Shown piece by piece: positions 1 through 5,969 of a stretch of DNA of 41,349 nucleotides. This stretch comes from Solirubrobacterales bacterium (GTDB lineage Bacteria; Actinomycetota; Thermoleophilia; Solirubrobacterales; 70-9): the NCBI GenBank assembly GCA_036802505.1, contig DAIRWC010000001.1, positions 1-41,349 of the forward strand, in the 5' to 3' direction. Every line of letters begins with the position of its first letter. The stretch's first letter is position 1. The notes beneath the pieces are model-generated. The model had not been told where the DNA came from and ran no database searches. It was given only the letters and a program-made list of their open reading frames with translations. A program made the translations under genes and the position numbers.

Positions 1-221
1 CGATCGCCTCCTCGAGCTCGTCGTACTCGGCGCGGAAGCGGCGGACCTCGTCGACGGCCTCTCGCGCGAGCATCGCGTCGGACCCGTCGCAGGGGTCGGC
101 CCCGGTGAGCCGGTAGCACTCGGCGGCGGCACGGCGACCGTCGACGAACTTGTCGGCGAGCAGCGTCACCCGCTGGCCGATGTCGAAGATCGCCCCCTCG
201 CGGGTCCGCGGGATCTCGAGC
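1..221 (-). CDS. Hypothetical protein, C-terminal part running off the left edge; probably continues 166..858 after a -1 frame change
   Basis: The reverse frame with codons at 218-220, 215-217 and so on is open to position 1. It reads LEIPRTREGAIFDIGQRVTLLADKFVDGRRAAAECYRLTGADPCDGSDAMLAREAVDEVRRFRAEYDELEEAI with almost every codon ending in G/C. Alternative: a separate gene starting at GTG 169 (GTGA overlap with the stop at 166-168). Confidence 0.5.
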
Positions 222-858
222 TGAGGGCGGCTTCGACCGCGTCCGCCAGGTCGAGGTAGAGCTCGTTGTACCCGTCGAAGTCGGTGGGGAAGACCTTGCC
301 GGCGAAGGTCCGCTCGATCGTGTCGCGGATCAGCGCGCGCCGGGTGCCCTCCGCGGGCGGCGTCCCCTGCCAACCGGCCCCCTCGGCGAGCTCGGCCGTC
401 AGCTTCTCGGCATAGCCCTCCGGCAGATGCGGGTTGTCGCGGAGCACCGGGCTGCATGTGTTGCGCTCGGCCGCTGCCGGACGGCCGCTCGGCACGTCGC
501 GCTCGACCGGGGCGATCCAGTCCTGCCCGTCGTTGCGGATGTAGGCCACCTTGAAGTCCTCGTCGCTGTAGAGCTGCGGCCGCCCATCGGCGTCGCGGAC
601 CATCCAGTAGCCCGGCGGCACCGCGAGGCACATCCCGATCGCCGAGTCGCGCTCGCCGACGCAGACGCCGAGTTGAGGGGGCGGGGCCGGGAAGACCATC
701 TCGGTCGGCCGAAGGAAGTTGATCGGGAAGTCCTGGGTGCCGATGAAGCGCACCGCCTCCCGCGTCGCCGGATCGGGGTTGCCCGGTCGCGCCTCGAACC
801 ATCCGGGGATGAAGTCGGGGGTCGGACCTTCCTGGCCTGCCTTGTCGCTCTCGCTCAC
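166..858 (-). CDS. Hypothetical protein (about 230 aa as listed; C-terminal tail probably out of frame)
   Basis: Track ORF 166..1110 trimmed to GTG at 858, preceded by GAGGAGA. The extension to 1110 is Arg/Pro-rich and does not look coding. The last ~20 codons (SSRSRGPARGRSSTSASG) have poor GC3. Confidence 0.6.
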   Translation of the reverse strand: MSESDKAGQEGPTPDFIPGWFEARPGNPDPATREAVRFIGTQDFPINFLRPTEMVFPAPPPQLGVCVGERDSAIGMCLAVPPGYWMVRDADGRPQLYSDEDFKVAYIRNDGQDWIAPVERDVPSGRPAAAERNTCSPVLRDNPHLPEGYAEKLTAELAEGAGWQGTPPAEGTRRALIRDTIERTFAGKVFPTDFDGYNELYLDLADAVEAALSSRSRGPARGRSSTSASG

Positions 859-1026
859 TCTGTCTCCTCGCTCATGGGTTCCTGGGGGTGAGAGCGGGCC
901 TCGCCACCGGCAAGACCGCCAGGGTCTAGATGGCGAGGCCCTACGCCGTGCCCTGGGGAGTGTGCCGCCCCCGTAGCTGTCCGGCGATTCCTCGGTCGGG
1001 GACCCTAGCTGATCTCGCGGTCGGAC

Positions 1027-1052
1027 GTGTACACAAGGCCGCTCTTTAGGGT
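1027..1052 (+). promoter_or_regulatory. GTGTACAC-N12-TAGGGT promoter/operator motif, copy 1 (rightward)
   Basis: GTGTACAC at 1027-1034 and TAGGGT (TAnnnT-type -10) at 1047-1052, in the gene-free region between divergent genes. The same composite motif occurs at 12969-12990 and 15468-15490. Confidence 0.45.
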
Positions 1053-1310
1053 GATTCTTGTAGAGCAGGGGGGAGATATATAGATGGCGTGGGCGCCCGG
1101 GATCGCCCACTCCCCTCCCCCCCTGAATGTGCCGCCTGCGGTACGTGATCCGGGGTGGTTTCGTGGGTCCTCTCGATCATCGCTCGACCATCCCCACTCG
1201 CGAAGCCAAACAAGGGTTGACATTCCCGGGGTTATGTCCGATCAACCTCGCGCGCATTTGCTGCGTCGCGCGTAGAGCCAACGCGCCATCCGCTGACTGT
1301 CGAGCCAGTG

Positions 1311-1342
1311 AGGATGCGGACTCGTACATGTGTCCACATCCT
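1311..1342. repeat. Inverted repeat AGGATGCGGAC / GTCCACATCCT (10 of 11 bp) around a GTAC-centred 10-nt spacer
   Basis: Read directly: arms at 1311-1321 and 1332-1342 with spacer TCGTACATGT. It lies in the long untranslated region upstream of the 1421 gene. Confidence 0.5.
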
Positions 1343-1360
1343 GCCCTTGCCCTGCTACGT

Positions 1361-1390
1361 GTACTCGCGATGGTGTACCGTCGGCGGTAC
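1361..1390 (+). promoter_or_regulatory. GTAC-N10-GTAC-N8-GTAC cluster upstream of the first rightward gene
   Basis: GTAC at 1361, 1375 and 1387. The last pair (GTACCGTCGGCGGTACA) has the same GTACC-N7-GTACA form as the conserved leaders at 2510-2526 and 3140-3156. Confidence 0.35.
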
Positions 1391-1420
1391 ATGAACGCAG
1401 CACCTATCGAAGGGGGAAGC

Positions 1421-1960
1421 ATGAGTGAGAAGCGCTGGGTCTTCTGCGACGACGCAGAGGAAGCAATCGAGGACGGGATTACGCGGCAGACGATGGGCTA
1501 CTACGTGGCCGACGCCGACAAGGACGCTCGCGCCGCCTTCTGGATTCGCGGTGACGCTGAGCGCTACGTCCGCGAGCGCAACCGGGAACGAGAGGCGGGA
1601 TTCACTCTGTCGATCGGACTCGGCAACGCGGCCATGAGCAGCGCTGAGGATGTCGGCCAAGCTCTAGAGGAACTCGCGCAGTCAATCGCTGACGGCGAAC
1701 GTGACGGCAACGTGTTCGATGAGAACGGCAACGTCGTCGGGCATTGGTCGCTCAACGAGCCGGAGCCGCCGACCGAAGGCAGGAAGGCCCGCAACGTCGA
1801 GGAGGGGCAGCGGATCAAGGTAGGCGACACGTTCGAGCGTGTTGAGGCTGTCGGGTCGATGCCGGGTGGCCGGGTGGCAATCATCACCGAGCCCTACAGC
1901 GAGGGGACGCTCTACGAGGGCGACGCCGTGGTTCACGTGCTGGTTGAGGAGGAGGTCTAG
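1421..1960 (+). CDS. Hypothetical acidic protein (179 aa)
   Basis: ATG at 1421 preceded by GAAGGGGGA. High GC3. The upstream part of track ORF 1127..1960 does not look coding. Confidence 0.75.
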   Translation: MSEKRWVFCDDAEEAIEDGITRQTMGYYVADADKDARAAFWIRGDAERYVRERNREREAGFTLSIGLGNAAMSSAEDVGQALEELAQSIADGERDGNVFDENGNVVGHWSLNEPEPPTEGRKARNVEEGQRIKVGDTFERVEAVGSMPGGRVAIITEPYSEGTLYEGDAVVHVLVEEEV

Positions 1961-2464
1961 ATGCGCGTCCCCGGAACCGACCTACAGACCGGCGACCGCG
2001 TCTACGTCGAAGGCGACTGGCTGGCCCTTGAGGACGTAGGGCCGTCTGTCGAGGCTGAGGACGTGATCGAGGCGTTCTGCGGCACTCGCGCTATCTACAT
2101 CGCGCCCGATGGCTTCTACGACCGCCGGGCGAGGTCGGGCGAGTATGTCGCCGTCGACCTAGACGAGAACAACCGCAAGCCCGCTGGGACGTTCGGCTGG
2201 GGCGTCTGTCGCCACGGCCACGGCTTGCAGGCCGACCTGCCGCGCCTCTCTGAGCACGAGGCCCGCTACCTGGCCGCTCTGCTCACTGAGGAGGCGTCTA
2301 GGTGGCGGCCAGCGTCCAACGGGGCGGGGGCTCGTCACTGGTTCCTGATCCGCGACGCGCAGGCCAGCGTGTCGGCTCGCTACCACCGGAGCGCCAAGGA
2401 TCAGCTAGTCCGCTACGCCTCGCACGAGGGGGCAGAGCGGGCGGCTGATCGCCTCAACGCCTAG
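1961..2464 (+). CDS. Hypothetical protein (167 aa)
   Basis: ATG directly follows the stop of the previous gene (TAGATG). High GC3. TAG stop at 2462-2464. Confidence 0.75.
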   Translation: MRVPGTDLQTGDRVYVEGDWLALEDVGPSVEAEDVIEAFCGTRAIYIAPDGFYDRRARSGEYVAVDLDENNRKPAGTFGWGVCRHGHGLQADLPRLSEHEARYLAALLTEEASRWRPASNGAGARHWFLIRDAQASVSARYHRSAKDQLVRYASHEGAERAADRLNA

Positions 2465-2507
2465 CCGCGCTTGGAGCACCGCGCCGGTTCGACTCCGGCG
2501 CGCGGCC
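2464..2507 (+). ncRNA. tRNA-like minihelix 1 (acceptor stem + T-arm; no D or anticodon arm)
   Basis: Parts: GCCGCGC (2464-2470), 12-nt linker TTGGAGCACCGC, T-stem GCCGG, loop TTCGACT, CCGGC, then GCGCGGC (2500-2506) pairing 7/7 with the 5' strand, then unpaired C2507. The GG-TTCGAnn-CC T-loop signature is present. Nucleotide +1 is the G of the upstream TAG stop. Confidence 0.6.
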
Positions 2508-2543
2508 TTGTACCAATCGCAGTACAACCGAAGGGAACACCGA
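2508..2543 (+). promoter_or_regulatory. Conserved leader, copy 1 (TGTACCAATCGCAGTACAACCGAAGGGAACACCGA + ATG)
   Basis: Near-identical to 3138-3174. Contains GTAC-N8-GTAC and the SD GAAGGGAA 8 nt before ATG 2544. Confidence 0.6.
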
Positions 2544-2822
2544 ATGAGCACCGACACGAGCACCGCAACGCTGGCGACGCCGGCCAACATGCGCCGCTTC
2601 GCCGAGCTTCACCCCGGCCGGGACCTGCCCGGCGGCGGCCACGTTGAGGGGCGGCGCTGCTTCGCCTTCTCACCGGGGACCGGCGAGCAGTTCAGCGCGA
2701 GCGCCGGGGACTACTGGACGCAGCCCGACGATCAGCCGCTCACCGACTCAGAGGGCGAACCGATGGTTCTGGCCGTCTCCGAGACGCGCTACTTCGACGC
2801 GCTCAACGGGGAGGCGGTCTAG
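2544..2822 (+). CDS. Hypothetical protein (92 aa)
   Basis: ATG 2544 after GAAGGGAA. The track start at 2508 (TTG) lies in the conserved leader. High GC3. Confidence 0.7.
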   Translation: MSTDTSTATLATPANMRRFAELHPGRDLPGGGHVEGRRCFAFSPGTGEQFSASAGDYWTQPDDQPLTDSEGEPMVLAVSETRYFDALNGEAV

Positions 2823-3092
2823 GTGGACGCGCTCGACGAGCTGGCCCGAGAGATCGGCTACAGCGACGGGAGCGACGACGACGAGACGGGCGGCGTCGAT
2901 GCCCTGATCGACTACAAGAACGCGCTAGAGGAGCGCTGCCGCTTCGCCGAACGGACGCTAGGGGAGATCGGGCATTGCCTGCCGCGCTCCGAAGATTGGG
3001 ACGGCGGGCCTGGTCGCTTGGAGGACATCGCGGCCATCCTTGACCGTGGCCCGGTCGAGCGGCCCAACACGAGCGAGTACGAACGTCACTAG
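2823..3092 (+). CDS. Hypothetical acidic protein (89 aa)
   Basis: GTG immediately after the preceding TAG. High GC3. TAG stop at 3090-3092. Confidence 0.7.
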   Translation: MDALDELAREIGYSDGSDDDETGGVDALIDYKNALEERCRFAERTLGEIGHCLPRSEDWDGGPGRLEDIAAILDRGPVERPNTSEYERH

Positions 3093-3137
3093 GGCGGCCT
3101 GGCGGCCACGGCGCGGGTTCGATCCCCGCGCCGCCCC
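3092..3137 (+). ncRNA. tRNA-like minihelix 2 (acceptor stem + T-arm; no D or anticodon arm)
   Basis: Parts: GGGCGGC (3092-3098), 14-nt linker CTGGCGGCCACGGC, T-stem GCGGG, loop TTCGATC, CCCGC, then GCCGCCC (3130-3136) pairing 7/7, then unpaired C3137. Compensatory changes relative to copy 1. It again starts on the G of a TAG stop. Confidence 0.6.
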
Positions 3138-3174
3138 ATGTACCAACCGAAGTACAACCCGAAGGGAAGACCAA
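3138..3174 (+). promoter_or_regulatory. Conserved leader, copy 2 (TGTACCAACCGAAGTACAACCCGAAGGGAAGACCAA + ATG)
   Basis: Aligns with 2508-2543 with few substitutions and one 1-nt indel. The SD GAAGGGAA lies before ATG 3175. Confidence 0.6.
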
Positions 3175-3408
3175 ATGCCACGCACCGCCAATGAGGAGCG
3201 CGCGGAGAAGGCTTACCGCGCCGTCCTCAACTACGAATCCGATTCGAGCGTCGAGGAGTGCATCTCCGATCTGCTCGGCGACCTGCGCCACCTGTGCGAC
3301 GAGTCGGGCTATGACTTCGCCGAGCGCGACGAGGTCGGCCAGCGCAACTACATCGCCGAGCTTGGCGAGGCAAGGCTCGACGCGGCCGAAGGGCAAGGCC
3401 GCCGATGA
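3175..3408 (+). CDS. Hypothetical small acidic protein (77 aa)
   Basis: ATG 3175 follows the conserved leader and SD. The track ORF 3040..3408 extension covers the minihelix and is rejected. Confidence 0.7.
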   Translation: MPRTANEERAEKAYRAVLNYESDSSVEECISDLLGDLRHLCDESGYDFAERDEVGQRNYIAELGEARLDAAEGQGRR

Positions 3409-3590
3409 ACGGGCCGGATATGACGACGCCGGAGGGCCGCGCGGGACTCACCGCGCGGCTCAAGCGGCGCAACCCAACGCAAGAGATTGGAGACTCTCTG
3501 ATCGAGCAGGGGTGGACCGCGAAGCCCGACCCCGACGATCCGCGCTCGACGATCTTTGCGCCGCCGCCGAGCGAGAGGCGGCAACCGTGA
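3405..3590 (+). CDS. Hypothetical protein (61 aa)
   Basis: ATGA start/stop overlap at 3405-3408. Mostly G/C-ending codons. Confidence 0.5.
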   Translation: MNGPDMTTPEGRAGLTARLKRRNPTQEIGDSLIEQGWTAKPDPDDPRSTIFAPPPSERRQP

Positions 3591-3820
3591 GGAAGGCCGA
3601 GCAGGTCCGCCTAGACATCGGGGCGACCGCATCGGAAATCGCAGAACACGAGGAGCACGGCGCCGAGCTGCGAAGGCGGCTCGGCTCGGCTCTTGCCGAG
3701 GCCCGCGACCATCCCGAGCTGACGCTCGAAGCGGCCCGGCAGATCCCGAAAACGCCGATCCCACGACAGACGGCCAACCGCCTGATCCGCGAGGCCGGTA
3801 CTGCCAACGCCGCGCCCTGA
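3587..3820 (+). CDS. Small helix-turn-helix-like protein (77 aa)
   Basis: GTGA overlap at 3587-3590. The C-terminal LTLEAARQIPKTPIPRQTANRLIREAG resembles an HTH. An alternative upstream GTG at 3512 cannot be excluded. Confidence 0.55.
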   Translation: MRKAEQVRLDIGATASEIAEHEEHGAELRRRLGSALAEARDHPELTLEAARQIPKTPIPRQTANRLIREAGTANAAP

Positions 3821-3835
3821 TTTTTGGCGCGGCGT
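3807..3835 (+). terminator. 10-bp perfect GC-rich hairpin at the end of the rightward operon (no U-tract)
   Basis: ACGCCGCGCC (3807-3816) pairs with GGCGCGGCGT (3826-3835). The 9-nt loop CTGATTTTT contains the TGA stop. Flanked by 12-bp direct repeats. Confidence 0.4.
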
Positions 3836-4000
3836 CCTGCCGCTACGTGAAGCCGGTACTGCCGGCGTCCGGCCCGTCTCATTCCGGCGGGCCGGAATAC
3901 GTCGCGGAGGACCTCCGGCGACCGTCGCGGCCTGCAGGTCCCGTCGCGCGGGCCCGCCGTCGCGTCGCGCACCGGCGCCTCGACGAGACACGACACGAGT

Positions 4001-4074
4001 GGCGGCCCCAGGGGTCGAACCTGGCCCTCCGGGGGTCAACCCCCCGACGACTTTCTCTACCGTCCCGACCGCCG
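4001..4074 (-). tRNA. tRNA-like gene, non-canonical (possible pseudo-tRNA or Gln(TTG)-like with G33)
   Basis: The reverse strand reads GGCGGTC GG GACGGTAGAGAAAGTCGT CGGGG GGTTGAC CCCCG GAGGG CCAGG TTCGACC CCTGG GGCCGCC A. It has a 7-bp acceptor stem (one G-U), a canonical T-arm and a 5-nt variable loop. It lacks U8, U33 and the D-loop GG. CCA is not encoded. Confidence 0.5.
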
Positions 4075-4363
4075 TGGGGAGTCCTCCACCGGGCGCCGTG
4101 TGATCCCTCCGTCCGCCCCAGCATGGCGGTCCCCCAGGATCGTGCGCGCATCGACTCGGTCACTTGGTCCGCTGGCTCCCGCGAGCCGCGGCCCGGCGAA
4201 GATTCCCGCCGCCTTGAGTGTCGCCAGGGAACGACGACGGCGGGCAATGAGGAGGAGATCCTCGTGCCTCGCGGCCCAAGGGCACCGACTATCGCTAGTG
4301 GCTCTTGGCTTGACCGCCCAATATGGGGGGCGGTCTGCGCGCGGGCTCGGCCAGTATAGCCCG

Positions 4364-4783
4364 TCAGGACGCCGAAAAACGCTTCTCGGCAAGAGATTCC
4401 AGACCACGTTCCTCAACAAACTCCTCGACGTCGTCGGGCAGCGCCAGGCGCGGGACGACGAGAGCCTTGGCGCGGCCGTCCTGATGGTCGAAGGCGACGT
4501 GGTGAACGAGGCACCCTGGGCCGGCGTTTCGCGGGTCCCATTCGAGGTAGACGAAGTCTTCGGGGGTGAGGTCGCGGAGAGGGCCGTGGGTGCGGATTTC
4601 CTGCTTGCCGAAGAAGTGGAACGCCTGCCACTTGCGATCAACGGTGCAGGGCCGCTCGTAGGGGTCGAAGCTGGCGAGCCAACAAGCGGGCTTGCCGTCG
4701 ATGAAGGGGACCGGGCAGCGACGCACCATCGCCGCCCGCCAGAACTCGTGTGCGAGCCCTGGGGGCGGCTTGGCGATCGTCAA
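4364..4783 (-). CDS. Hypothetical protein (139 aa from TTG 4783; 121 aa if ATG 4729)
   Basis: High GC3 from about 4783 downward. The track extension to 4861 has poor GC3. Last gene of the leftward early operon. No family recognised. Confidence 0.6.
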   Translation of the reverse strand: MTIAKPPPGLAHEFWRAAMVRRCPVPFIDGKPACWLASFDPYERPCTVDRKWQAFHFFGKQEIRTHGPLRDLTPEDFVYLEWDPRNAGPGCLVHHVAFDHQDGRAKALVVPRLALPDDVEEFVEERGLESLAEKRFSAS

Positions 4784-4903
4784 CGTCGGAGATCCGCGAC
4801 GGGGGCCCGGACGACGGGAGAGCGGCCCTGCGCAACCATCTTGCGCTGACGCCGCTTCCACTTCTTCGAGGGCTTCCTCGGCCTCGGCTTCATCGGGTCG
4901 GTT

Positions 4904-5446
4904 CTACGAGGCATCGACTTCCTCCAATGCGATCTGATTCGGGTCGACGGCCTCGGCCTCGGCCTCGCTCTTGGCGCGGCACATCTTCCCGCAGTCCTCG
5001 CACTCGGTCAGCGGGATTCGCTCGGCCGGGACCGACTGGCCGTACTTCTCGCGCAGGGCCGAGCGCGAGAGCTCCTCGCAGTCGGCGAGCACGTCCTCGA
5101 GCTCGACGTCGCCCTTGCGCAGCGCTGGCAGCACCACGGCGAGCTTCGACATCTCGAGCTCGGCGAGCTGCTCTTGCGAGACACCCCGCTTGACGACGAG
5201 CTCCTCGTAGACCTCGATCAACTGGTAGGTCTGCGAGCGCTTCAATCCGATGGCCGGATCGCCGAGCCACGACTCGAACTTCTCGTGGCCCAGCGCCGTC
5301 CACATCTGCCCGGTGTAGAACTCGTGAAGGTGGCCGGCGAGGGCGATCCAGACCTGCTTGATCGCCCCCGTCCCCTTCTTGATCTTCTCCTCGACGGCAA
5401 ACGCCTTCTCGGCCGCTCGCTCCTCGGGGGTTTTGCGTTTCGCCAT
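4904..5446 (-). CDS. Hypothetical protein with C-terminal CxxC pair (180 aa)
   Basis: ATG 5446 is preferred over GTG 5479 on codon bias. Contains KQVWIALAGHLHEFY...WLGDP and ends with CEDCGKMC. Function unknown. Confidence 0.65.
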   Translation of the reverse strand: MAKRKTPEERAAEKAFAVEEKIKKGTGAIKQVWIALAGHLHEFYTGQMWTALGHEKFESWLGDPAIGLKRSQTYQLIEVYEELVVKRGVSQEQLAELEMSKLAVVLPALRKGDVELEDVLADCEELSRSALREKYGQSVPAERIPLTECEDCGKMCRAKSEAEAEAVDPNQIALEEVDAS

Positions 5447-5450
5447 CGGG

Positions 5451-5969
5451 CTAGAACGGGATGTCGTCTTCGCCGTCACCGCCGGCAGCGGCGCCCTCGA
5501 AGTCGGACGTGTCGGCCGGGACGTCGCTACCGCCGCCCGTCCACGCCTCGCCCTCGCCGAGCAGCTCGTTGACGTAGGTGTTGCGGTACTTCTTCTCGCC
5601 CTTGTCGGTGGTGGTGACGCGGATCGACACCCGCGCCTCGCCGCACAGCGGCTCGAGCGCCTCGGGGAGATCGGCGAGGGCGACGCCTTGGAGCCCGAGC
5701 ATCTCCAAGTAGCCCTTCGTCCAGGCGATCCGGTCGGGGTCCTCGAGCTCGTGCCAAACGCTCGGCGCCGAGAGGCCCATGTGCTCGCCCTCGGTGACGA
5801 TGATTTCGGTTATCAGCTTGAGCGGGCCGCCGCCCTCCTTTTCCCAGAAATCGAAGCGCTCGATCTGGCCTTCGTAGTCGCCATCGGGGACGTTACCCCC
5901 CGACGTCTTCGCCTCGGCATCGTCGTAGACGTCCTGCATCTCGGCGAGTCGCTCTGCGTAATCCGTCAT
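5451..5969 (-). CDS. SSB-like / recombination accessory protein with canonical SSB C-terminal tip (GEDDIPF)
   Basis: Track ORF 5451..6569 trimmed to ATG 5969 (ATGA overlap with the upstream stop). Gly-rich acidic tail ending in DDIPF. Sits directly downstream of the Sak4-like ATPase. The N-terminal domain is not a textbook OB-fold SSB sequence. Confidence 0.55.
   Translation of the reverse strand: MTDYAERLAEMQDVYDDAEAKTSGGNVPDGDYEGQIERFDFWEKEGGGPLKLITEIIVTEGEHMGLSAPSVWHELEDPDRIAWTKGYLEMLGLQGVALADLPEALEPLCGEARVSIRVTTTDKGEKKYRNTYVNELLGEGEAWTGGGSDVPADTSDFEGAAAGGDGEDDIPF

Noticed and set aside
1216-1250. A TTGACA hexamer at 1216-1221 as a sigma-70-type -35 element for the rightward operon.
   Set aside because: No acceptable -10 hexamer lies at 16-19 bp spacing. 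GATCAA at 17 bp is a poor match. I left it as a remark within the non-coding-region finding.
2464-2507. Interpreting the two minihelices simply as rho-independent terminators or as attP cores copied from host tRNA 3' ends.
   Set aside because: They have no U-tract and sit inside an apparently continuous operon. A copied tRNA 3' fragment would not carry a matching 5' acceptor strand 12-14 nt upstream, nor compensatory changes between copies. These alternatives are not formally excluded and are listed in the finding.
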